Origin: Thermodesulfobacteriota bacterium
Lineage (GTDB): Bacteria; Desulfobacterota; WTBG01; JAGOGO01
Reading direction: 5' to 3'
DNA: 32,000 nt
NCBI GenBank assembly: GCA_026625185.1
Contig: CP113000.1
Coordinates: 885,622-917,621, forward strand
Each line of letters starts with the position of its first letter. Within the stretch, counting starts at the first letter, position 1. This document shows positions 7,702-15,097 of the stretch, piece after piece. A program made the position numbers and the translations under genes. The notes under the pieces were generated by a model. The model made no database searches. It saw only the letters and a list, made by a program, of their open reading frames with translations, and was not told where the DNA came from.

Positions 7702-8555
7702 CATCAAAAGCTAATTCCCTGCGAAAAATCCTTCGGGAGATGGGACGAATACTGCTTGCTTTTTCAGGGGGAGTGGATAGCGCTTTTCTCCTTAAAATCG
7801 CGTATGAAGAATTGGTTGAGAATGTTCTCGCAGTTACCGCTGTTTCTCCAATTCACCCAACGGAAGACTATGAAAGCGCTTGCCGGATTGCGCGTTCTTT
7901 CAAAATAAAGCACATGGTGATCGAAACCAATGAACTAAAAAACCCCAACTTCTGGAGCAACCCTCCTGACCGATGTTATTTTTGTAAAAAGGAACTTTTT
8001 CAGACATTACAAGCTATCGCTCGCCAAAAAAACATCGCTTTTGTGATTGATGCCAGCACCATTGATGATTTATCAGACTTTCGGCCGGGAAGAACCGCGG
8101 CGCAAGAAGAAGGCATAAGAAGTCCGCTTATAGAAGCGAGGTTTACCAAAAAAGAAATTCGGACCCTCTCCCAAGAAATGGGATTGCCGACCTGGAATAA
8201 ACCCTCCATGGCGTGCCTGGCATCAAGGTTCCCGTACGGCGAGTTCATTAGTCTTGAGAAGATAAACCGCGTGGCTCGCGCGGAGAATTTTCTTCGGGAC
8301 TTCGGCTTCAGCCAGGTCCGGGTAAGAAGTCATGATAAACTTGCCCGCATTGAAGTTGATGCTGAGGACATTCAAAAACTTACTAATCCTGAACTTCGTG
8401 AAAAAATTATTAACGAGCTAAAGCATCTGGGCTTTATTTATGTCACCATTGACCTTGAAGGTTATAGGACCGGAAGTCAAAATGAAGTTTTGACGGTTTC
8501 GGGGGACGCAAAGAGCAAAGAGCCTGGAGCAGGGGGCGAGGATTATATTTCGTGA
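7698..8555 (+). CDS. larE: LarE-like PP-loop ATP-dependent sulfur transferase (ATP-utilising enzyme of the PP-loop superfamily)
   Basis: PP-loop AFSGGVDSAF. CLASRFPYGE matches the LarE Cys-containing SRFPYG motif. The C-terminal FIYVTIDLEGYRTGS is typical. The tracked ORF start at 7527 reads through the repeat. TTG 7698 gives a 20-residue lead-in to the PP-loop, as in characterised LarE. Confidence 0.75.
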   Translation: MASKANSLRKILREMGRILLAFSGGVDSAFLLKIAYEELVENVLAVTAVSPIHPTEDYESACRIARSFKIKHMVIETNELKNPNFWSNPPDRCYFCKKELFQTLQAIARQKNIAFVIDASTIDDLSDFRPGRTAAQEEGIRSPLIEARFTKKEIRTLSQEMGLPTWNKPSMACLASRFPYGEFISLEKINRVARAENFLRDFGFSQVRVRSHDKLARIEVDAEDIQKLTNPELREKIINELKHLGFIYVTIDLEGYRTGSQNEVLTVSGDAKSKEPGAGGEDYIS

Positions 8556-8628
8556 AACGTGAGCACGTAATGCGTGAAGTGTTTTAACACCTTACGCTTT
8601 ACGATTTTCATTTCACGTTTTGTTTTTT
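8554..8628 (+). terminator. Long imperfect hairpin plus T-tract after larE (probable intrinsic terminator)
   Basis: Arms gaaacgtgagcacgtaatgcgtgaagtgtt / aacaccttacgctttacgattttcatttcacgtttt, followed by ttttgtttttt. Confidence 0.45.
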
Positions 8629-8629
8629 C

Positions 8630-8790
8630 TTGACATTTTCATTGGTTAGTTTTACAAAACACTAAATATCAACCCCAAAAAAGAATAGGGACGGAAAGGA
8701 ACCGGGAGTCTTTTATGGGAAGAATTTTTAAGACTGATGAGGAATAAAATAAGGCCGAATCGCCGGACATAAAGGTGATAGGCCTTTTTG
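8630..8790 (+). ncRNA. ORF-less promoter-leader-terminator module (candidate sRNA or decayed higA cassette), paralogue of 19025-19191
   Basis: TTGACA (8630-8635) - 17 nt - TACAAA, then an AACCCCAAAAAAG box. Terminator aaggcc..atcgcc..ggtgat..ggccttttt at 8751-8790 is about 82% identical to 19149-19190. No ORF longer than 10 codons. Confidence 0.3.
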
Positions 8791-8817
8791 GTTTCGGGAC
8801 TCAGCTTAGTTGGTGGC

Positions 8818-8992
8818 TTCGAACCGGCTTATACAGTCTGTATAAGACCGGAGCTATCAAAACAACAAAATGGTTTAACAATATAATATTATATGATATT
8901 TATAATTTATTAGAAAAAATCGGAAACGTCTTATACAGAAAGCAACAGTCTGTGTTTGCTGTATTATACAGACTGTATAATCAGTGTTAGAT
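8818..8992 (+). mobile_element. attC-like site (long, 175 bp) preceding the first cassette
   Basis: R''-like TTCGAAC (8818-8824) and consensus R' GTTAGAT (8986-8992). A 17-nt arm ttatacagtctgtataa (8829-8845) is the exact complement of ttatacagactgtataa (8964-8980). Confidence 0.35.
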
Positions 8993-9008
8993 TAAGGAAG
9001 TTAGCTAA

Positions 9009-9593
9009 ATGAATATACGAAGTCTACAATACGGAATAACAATATGCGCTCTACTGGTTGCACTTGCGCATATCATATGGCCAAGTCTTACTATTGATGC
9101 CATCACTGTTACTCTAATTTTCATTGCGTTAGTTCCGTGGTTAGCGCCCCTGTTCAAATCACTCGAACTCCCTGGTCGATTGAAAATTGAATTCCAGGAC
9201 TTTGAGCGTGCGCGGACAAAGGCTGATAAAGCAGGGTTGTTAAGTGAGTTTCCACGAATTGAATCCGAAAGACAATACTCATTCCAACTCGTTGCACAAG
9301 AAGACCCGAAACTAGCGTTGGCGGGGCTTCGTATTGAGATTGAAAAACGATTAACCGAAATAGCTGAATCGAATAACATAAACCCGGAAAAGGCAGGCAT
9401 AGGCCGTTTGTTAAGGATCTTAGGAGAAAGACAATTGCTATCTCAAGAGCAACGCTCCGCATTAGCAGACATGGTAGGTTTACTCAATTCAGCGGTTCAT
9501 GGGGGAGAAATAGATAATCGGGCTGCTGAATGGGCATTAGATGTTGGTCCAAGGCTAGTCAGTGCATTAGAGGCCAAAGTAAATAAAATCTAA
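9009..9593 (+). CDS. Hypothetical membrane protein (two N-terminal TM helices plus helical C-terminal domain), cassette-borne
   Basis: ATG 9009 with aaggaag upstream. Hydrophobic stretches ITICALLVALAHIIW and ITVTLIFIALVPWLAPLF. The stop TAA lies inside the attC R'' box. No family recognised with confidence. Confidence 0.6.
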   Translation: MNIRSLQYGITICALLVALAHIIWPSLTIDAITVTLIFIALVPWLAPLFKSLELPGRLKIEFQDFERARTKADKAGLLSEFPRIESERQYSFQLVAQEDPKLALAGLRIEIEKRLTEIAESNNINPEKAGIGRLLRILGERQLLSQEQRSALADMVGLLNSAVHGGEIDNRAAEWALDVGPRLVSALEAKVNKI

Positions 9594-9644
9594 CCAACCA
9601 ATCCACCGGACGGCTTTCAGCCGCCGGTGATCGGTACGTTAGGC
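9588..9644 (+). mobile_element. attC recombination site (57 bp)
   Basis: R'' ATCTAAC (fits RYYYAAC) and R' GTTAGGC (fits GTTRRRY). Arms CAACCAATCCACCGGACGGC / GCCGCCGGTGATCGGTAC pair except for two extra bases (C, A) on the R''-L'' arm. Central loop is tttca. Confidence 0.6.
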
Positions 9645-9694
9645 TGCTGGTTTGATGACATTGATTGCTTGATATAATTGAGGAGAACTATGGC

Positions 9695-11116
9695 ATGAAT
9701 GAACTTCTGTTTGATCCCGCAACGCACCGCAAAGCAGGTCGTCTTCTGGGAGAACTCCTGGCGAACTATGAAATTGATCTCTTGAATCAACCTGTGTTAC
9801 CACAAATCAATCGAGACGCCATGCGAGCGATCCTTACTGAACCCCTCCCAGAAGAGGGAAAACCGCTTGAGGAACTGTTTCAAGAATTCCGAGATGTTGT
9901 TGTGCCAAATTCTACTCACGTGGCGCATCCGCGTTTTCTCCCTTACGTGCTTCCCTCACCAAATGGCATCTCAGCGTTTGCCGATGCCCTGGCAAGTACC
10001 CTCAATCAGAACTGTAATCTCTGGACGCTGTCACCTGCGGCAAATGCCATTGAACAACGCGTCATTTCCTGGTTTAACGAATTATTCTCGTTTCCCAAAG
10101 GCAGCGGCGGCATCATTACAAGCGGTGGCTCAATGGCTAACCTGACGGCTCTTGCGGTAGCTCGCGATACGTATATCGGGAATACAGCGAGAACGGAAGG
10201 GGTTCAGGGGAGGACATCACCGCTGATACTCTATGTTTCAGAAGAGGTGCATAATAGTGTTGACAAAGCTGCCGTGATCCTTGGACTTGGGCTGAATAAT
10301 GTTCGTCACATCCCGTGTGACTCGCAGTTTAGGATGTGTATGGACCTCCTTAAAGATGCCATATTCCGAGATCGCCGTGAGGGCTTGAGCCCGTTCTGTG
10401 TGGTTGGCTCAGCCGGAACAGTCACGACAGGGGCGATTGATCCGCTTGATACTCTGGCAGATTTTTGTGGAGAGGAACGCTTGTGGCTTCACATTGATGG
10501 GGCCTATGGCGCTCTAGCCATTCTCAGCGAAAGAATGCAGGCACAGTTATTGCCTGCAGGCCGAGCGCATTCGCTGTCACTCGACCCTCACAAATTACTC
10601 TTCAACCCTCTGGAGGCCGGATGTGTGCTTGTACGAAATGCTGAAGACATGCGGTCAACGTATAGTTTCATTCCAAGCTATCTTTCGATGGTGTCTGACA
10701 GCGACTTTCTGAACTATGCGGAATATGGCCCGCAACTTTCACGGAGTTTTAAGGCCCTGAAGGTGTGGTGGTCATTACGAGCCTACGGACGAAAAGCGTA
10801 TGCGAGGGCGATAGAGAATCTATTTGACCTTGCCTCATATATGGGTGAACGGATTCAAGCCGAAGCAGAGTTGGAACTGGTGGCACCAGTCACGTTGAAT
10901 GCGGTGTGTGTACGATGTCGCAATCTCACTGACTCCCAGAATGAGAGTGTGCTTGCACGCCTGCTATCCGAAGGGATAGCGTTCCTTGGCAGGGCACAGG
11001 TGAAGGGGAAGTTCTGTCTCCGAGCCTGTTTCATGAATTTACGAACAACGCGTGAGGATGTGGATCATATCCTTGAGGAGATGATCCGTTTCGGAGAAGA
11101 GGAACTTAGAAATTGA
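9695..11116 (+). CDS. Group II PLP-dependent amino-acid decarboxylase (aromatic-L-amino-acid / tyrosine decarboxylase-like), cassette-borne
   Basis: SD gaggag at 9680-9685, 9 nt before ATG 9695. Motifs SGGSMANLTALAVAR and SLDPHKLL (PLP lysine) are typical of the DDC/GAD/HDC family. Confidence 0.85.
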   Translation: MNELLFDPATHRKAGRLLGELLANYEIDLLNQPVLPQINRDAMRAILTEPLPEEGKPLEELFQEFRDVVVPNSTHVAHPRFLPYVLPSPNGISAFADALASTLNQNCNLWTLSPAANAIEQRVISWFNELFSFPKGSGGIITSGGSMANLTALAVARDTYIGNTARTEGVQGRTSPLILYVSEEVHNSVDKAAVILGLGLNNVRHIPCDSQFRMCMDLLKDAIFRDRREGLSPFCVVGSAGTVTTGAIDPLDTLADFCGEERLWLHIDGAYGALAILSERMQAQLLPAGRAHSLSLDPHKLLFNPLEAGCVLVRNAEDMRSTYSFIPSYLSMVSDSDFLNYAEYGPQLSRSFKALKVWWSLRAYGRKAYARAIENLFDLASYMGERIQAEAELELVAPVTLNAVCVRCRNLTDSQNESVLARLLSEGIAFLGRAQVKGKFCLRACFMNLRTTREDVDHILEEMIRFGEEELRN

Positions 11117-11154
11117 ACAGTAGGTTGGATAAGATACTGTAAATAAATTGTTTC

Positions 11155-11293
11155 GCCTAACAAATGCGTGGAAGTGACTTTGGGGGCGCGCGCCAGTTTT
11201 AACTTACGTGCTTTCGGTAACGTTCAGTGGTGGTGTCAGCGTCGTTGCCCGTTGTCAGAGCGTCCCCAAAGCCCCTCACGCCGGTCGTTGGCC
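11155..11293 (+). mobile_element. attC-like site (139 bp)
   Basis: R'' GCCTAAC (fits RYYYAAC) and R'-like GTTGGCC (one mismatch). Arm gcctaacaaatgcgtggaagtgactttgggggcgc is an imperfect complement of gcgtccccaaagcccctcacgccggtcgttggcc. Confidence 0.5.
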
Positions 11294-11305
11294 CAAATAA
11301 TATAA

Positions 11306-11926
11306 ATGAATAATATATACCCTGACATCGAGTGGTATATCGGCATCAGTTGTGAAAAACAACTATCTCCTCACTGTCCCTTTGCGAACGTTCACAGATG
11401 CCCTCGTTATTAACAATCTCTCGCGTTGCTGGGCGTAAAAGGTCAAATGACTGAAATACCTAAAGAAGAAGATACGGCACTTCTCAACAAATGGCAGTCT
11501 ACAGACGTATGGCCGATAGTCAGAGAGCATGCGACAGCGATTAGCGGGAGTAATTGGAAAAGTACTCATTATACGAATTTTTGTCCTGAAATAAGCTACG
11601 ACAAATTTGGTTTATTCGCATCAATGCTTTGCACTTACATCGATGAAATTGATAAAGAGGCAGCAGAGAAATTACTGATTGAAAACGGACGGTCGCAGGC
11701 AAAAGACTGGCGATGGAATTGGGCATATGTCGTACCTCTACATTATTCGGAGTGCCCGATATATTCTCAACTGCCAGTTCAGTTCTCTGTTGCTACTCCT
11801 CCTCAGAATCATAAAGAGGAAATATTATCTGTCAAGCCTGGCATTTTCGGCGTATCAATTGATTTGCGTAGAAACAGCCGGGACGCCGCACAAATCACCC
11901 TTCAGCATCTATACATGACGAACTAA
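11306..11926 (+). pseudogene. Hypothetical Cys-rich protein gene interrupted by an in-frame TAA (11411-11413), cassette-borne
   Basis: ATG 11306 gives MNNIYPDIEWYIGISCEKQLSPHCPFANVHRCPRY, then TAA. The same frame continues into tracked ORF 11426..11926 (QSLALLGVKGQMTEIP...). Confidence 0.45.
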
Positions 11927-12054
11927 TTATTTGCGCATACGTTACAACACCCTTCGACAAGCTCAGGGTGACCGGTCGTGGTGAGCCTGTCGAACCATGT
12001 GCAGGGTATTCTCTTGGCAATGATAGCCATGCGCAATTGTTTATAACGTTGTGT
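11917..12054 (+). mobile_element. Degenerate attC-like site closing the cassette patch
   Basis: Outer pairs GACGAAC / GTTGTGT (5 of 7 complementary), ttgcgcat / atgcgcaa, and ttcgacaagctca / tgagcctgtcgaa. Both core boxes deviate from consensus. Confidence 0.3.
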
Positions 12055-12080
12055 ATAATAAAATTAAAAGATTATGAGAT

Positions 12081-12110
12081 CCTGAATCAAGTTCAGGAAT
12101 TATTTTTTTT
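12081..12110 (+). terminator. Intrinsic terminator candidate
   Basis: cctgaa-tcaag-ttcagg hairpin followed by aattatttttttt. Confidence 0.45.
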
Positions 12111-12127
12111 ATTACGTGGGTTTTATA

Positions 12128-13084
12128 ATGAAAGCACTAATCTTTGATGGAAAAATCCGCATAGAAAAAAACCTCCCAATTCCGAGAAGAAAGCCTTTTG
12201 AGGCGCTCATCCGGGTCTTAAAAGCAGGAATTTGTCAGACTGACTTGGAGATCATAAAAGGCTATCTTCATTTTCAAGGAATATTAGGGCATGAATTTGT
12301 TGGCATCATTGAGGAGAGCCAAAATCAAGAACTTTTAGGAAAAAGAGTGGTTGGGGAAATCAACCTTGCCTGTGGAAAGTGTATATATTGTCAAAAAAAA
12401 ATGCCTTCCCACTGTAACGCCCGTTCAGTCTTAGGAATAAAAGATAAAAATGGTTGTTTTGCTGAATATATCACCCTGCCGATAGAAAATATTCACGTAA
12501 TTCCTGATTCAATTTCTGACGATGAAGCAATCTTTGTAGAGCCTTTAGCTGCTGCCCTGCAAATCCTCACCCAAGTCCATATCCGACCTCAAGATGATGT
12601 CGTAATTTTAGGAGATGGCAGGTTAGGACAATTATGCGCCCAGGTCATGAGTCTAACCGGAGCCCAAGTACTGACAGTAGGAAACCATCTGAAAAAATTA
12701 AAGATCCTCAAAAAAAGGGGGATAAAAACTTGTAGATTTGATGAAATTTCCCAAAAAAAATCCGATGTTGTAATAGAATGCACTGGGTCTCCGGCTGGTT
12801 TCAACGCTGCCTTAAACTTGGTCCATCCGCGGGGGACCATTGTTTTAAAGAGCACCTACGAAGTTAAACCATCAATAGATCTGGCGCCGATAGTCATTGA
12901 TGAAATAACGATTATAGGGTCTCGCTGTGGTCCTTTTCCTCCCGCCATTCGTCTCTTAGAAAACAAAATCATTGATGTTCTCTCGCTTATCTCCCAAAGG
13001 TTTTCCCTCGATAACGCTCTTGTGGCTATCAAGGCGGCACACCAGAAAGAAAACCTCAAGATCATCTTAGACATAAGCAAGTAA
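12128..13084 (+). CDS. Zinc-dependent alcohol dehydrogenase (MDR) family protein
   Basis: ATG 12128 (MKALIFDG). Catalytic-zinc region CQTDLE...GHEFVG. Structural-zinc cluster CGKCIYCQKKMPSHC. Confidence 0.8.
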   Translation: MKALIFDGKIRIEKNLPIPRRKPFEALIRVLKAGICQTDLEIIKGYLHFQGILGHEFVGIIEESQNQELLGKRVVGEINLACGKCIYCQKKMPSHCNARSVLGIKDKNGCFAEYITLPIENIHVIPDSISDDEAIFVEPLAAALQILTQVHIRPQDDVVILGDGRLGQLCAQVMSLTGAQVLTVGNHLKKLKILKKRGIKTCRFDEISQKKSDVVIECTGSPAGFNAALNLVHPRGTIVLKSTYEVKPSIDLAPIVIDEITIIGSRCGPFPPAIRLLENKIIDVLSLISQRFSLDNALVAIKAAHQKENLKIILDISK

Positions 13085-13115
13085 TGTAGTGATTCAGAAA
13101 TGTCTTAGCTTTACT

Positions 13116-13182
13116 TGTCATTCCGGGCTTGACCCGGAATCCAGTGTTTTTGGGCTGGATTCCCGCTTTCGCGGGAATGACG
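13116..13182 (+). repeat. REP-like element, family 1
   Basis: Reads tgtcattccgggcttgacccggaatccagtgtttttgggctggattcccgctttcgcgggaatgacg, two hairpin modules. Confidence 0.75.
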
Positions 13183-13300
13183 GCCCCGGAATTTATGTAA
13201 AGAAGTGTTAGATTCGCTACACTAAGAGGGTAATAGCAGCGGCTTAGATCAGGGAAGATATTTTATCTTTCTGATGATTTTATCAACACAATGTATTTCG

Positions 13301-13330
13301 TTGACAAATAAATACAATATATGGTAGAAT
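13301..13330 (+). promoter_or_regulatory. Candidate promoter TTGACA - 18 nt - TAGAAT
   Basis: Hexamers read at 13301-13306 and 13325-13330, about 80 nt upstream of the small ORF at 13409. Confidence 0.4.
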
Positions 13331-13408
13331 TTAAAAAATTAACTGAACAGAGTTTTCAAATAAATGGTATAAAATTTCGGAAAATCAAGAGGAGGAGATA
13401 AAAAAACC

Positions 13409-13615
13409 ATGGGAAGCTTAATTCTTGATTTCCAACATAAAGTTAATCCGTTGCATATCTATTGTCGGCTTCTTGACAAAGGGTTTGCCCCGCGAATTTC
13501 TCTCCGTCTAAGTCGTTGTTATGAAATTTTAATTTATAAGTGGCTATCCCCTCTGACTTTTTTTTTAATCTTCTTTTATCGATCAGTTAAAAAAAATAAA
13601 ATTTCGAAGAATTAA
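13409..13615 (+). CDS. Small hypothetical protein (68 aa, C-terminal hydrophobic helix)
   Basis: Strong SD aagaggaggag 8 nt upstream of the ATG. Consensus-like promoter upstream. No family recognised. Confidence 0.45.
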   Translation: MGSLILDFQHKVNPLHIYCRLLDKGFAPRISLRLSRCYEILIYKWLSPLTFFLIFFYRSVKKNKISKN

Positions 13616-13631
13616 TCTGCCGAAAATATTT

Positions 13632-14540
13632 TTACGGTGGGCATTGGGCACAGATCGAGGTAAAAAGAGCAGTACTAAGATATCTGTCACCACGATCAGG
13701 GAAAAGCACCACTATCGTTCCTGACCTCATTGATTGAGCGAACTTCAAAGCGCCCGCCAAAGCGGCTCCACTGCTCATTCCCACAAAGATGCCTTCTTCC
13801 ACCGCCAACTGCCTGGCCATACTAAAGGCAGGTTCATCATCAATGATGATTCGTTCGTCAAGTTTTTTAGGGTTAAAAATTTTAGGAACAATAGACTCCT
13901 GCATATTTTTTAATCCCTGAATTCGATGCCCTAAAGTCGGCTCAATTCCAACAATTTTAATTTTGGAATTAAATTCTTTCAACCGCTGTCCTGTTCCCAT
14001 TAAGGTAGCGGTTGTTCCCATCCCTGCCACGAATGCATCAATCTCCCCTTTCGTTTGTTCGATAATTTCCGGGGCGGTTCCTTCATAATGAGCTTTTACA
14101 TTATTGGGATTGGAATATTGGTCGGGCATGTAATAGATGCCAGGATGGTTTTCAAAAATCTGGTAGGCCCGGCGAATCGCGCCATCTACCCCTTGATTTG
14201 CCGGACTAAGTTCAATTTCGGTGCCAAACGCCTCCAAAATCCTTCGCCTTTCTTCGCTCACGCATGCTGGCATGACCAGTTTTGCTTTATATCCTTTGGC
14301 GGCTGCAACCATGGCCAGACCAATGCCCGTATTCCCGGATGTTGGCTCTAATATAATTTTATCCTTCGTGAGTTCACCGCTTTTTTCGGCTTTTTCTACC
14401 ATACATAAGGCCGGACGATCTTTGACAGAACCCCCAGGATTAGATCCCTCCAGTTTAGCCAAAATCCTAACCTTTTTGTGGGGATTAATTTTATTGATTT
14501 CAACCAGCGGGGTTTTCCCGATTAACTTTAAAATACTCAT
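13632..14540 (-). CDS. cysK: Cysteine synthase (O-acetylserine sulfhydrylase family, PLP-dependent)
   Basis: Motifs NPGGSVKDRPA (PLP lysine), TSGNTG and GTGGT-like loop. Unusual C-terminal tail ...SICAQCPP. Confidence 0.9.
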   Translation of the reverse strand: MSILKLIGKTPLVEINKINPHKKVRILAKLEGSNPGGSVKDRPALCMVEKAEKSGELTKDKIILEPTSGNTGIGLAMVAAAKGYKAKLVMPACVSEERRRILEAFGTEIELSPANQGVDGAIRRAYQIFENHPGIYYMPDQYSNPNNVKAHYEGTAPEIIEQTKGEIDAFVAGMGTTATLMGTGQRLKEFNSKIKIVGIEPTLGHRIQGLKNMQESIVPKIFNPKKLDERIIIDDEPAFSMARQLAVEEGIFVGMSSGAALAGALKFAQSMRSGTIVVLFPDRGDRYLSTALFTSICAQCPP

Positions 14541-14797
14541 TTTTTCCCTTACGCTTAACGTTTTGATGTGTTGTTTATTAAACCTCTGGAATTCAGAGTT
14601 GTTTTTTTATAAAATATTTTAGGAAAATATACAAAGAAACAAGTAAAATAACAAAATATTTTTTTATTAGTTTAATTTTTATAAATTTTTCTGCAAATTT
14701 TTCCTGACATCGGTAAAATTCCGGGAGGTGTGGGATCGTCTTTTTTTGAGTCTGTCTTCTTGCCATTATCCCTTGGAATTTTTCACCCCCATAGAAC

Positions 14798-14820
14798 TGC
14801 CCGGTTAGATTCCCAAGATA
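14798..14820 (+). repeat. Partial REP family 2 copy
   Basis: ctgcccggttagattcccaag matches ctgcccggttagatctcaaat at 28955-28975. The second arm is missing. Confidence 0.4.
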
Positions 14821-14885
14821 ATGAACGACCTAAATAAAGAGGCATTCTTTTTTTGTCATGCCGTGGCTCCGTTATTGTCATTCCG

Positions 14886-14989
14886 CACTTGATTCGGAAT
14901 CCGGGGGGCAGGTAACAAGTGGTTCAGTTTTATCGCTTCATGAATCACCCTTCTGGATTCCCGCCTTCGCTGGAATGACGCTTTTGGGA
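14886..14989 (+). repeat. REP-like element, family 1 (longer spacer)
   Basis: Reads tgtcattccgcacttgattcggaatcc ... ggattcccgccttcgctggaatgacg. A partial extra head, tgtcatgccg, lies at 14864. Confidence 0.75.
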
Positions 14990-15097
14990 TACTACCCATA
15001 AAGAGAACACATCTTCTATGCCAACTTATTTAGGACGTCTTAGTGGACGAGGGACAAACAATTTGACATAGGGGTTTAGAGAGGAGGGCATCCCGTC

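Noticed and set aside
7687-7908. 73-aa ORF starting at the ATGAAGGC found in both repeat copies
   Set aside because: It is out of frame and nested in larE. In copy 1 the same ATG gives only 13 codons, so there is no conserved peptide, and no suitably spaced SD.
8554-8628. The larE-proximal hairpin as a further attC site, which would make larE itself a cassette
   Set aside because: The core boxes (GTGAAAC / GTTTTGT) fit the consensus poorly. The hairpin is followed by a T-tract like an ordinary terminator. larE has backbone-like composition.
8775-8990. Tracked 71-aa ORF
   Set aside because: It runs through the palindromes and the AT-rich core of the attC-like site. It has a GTG start without an SD and low-complexity sequence.
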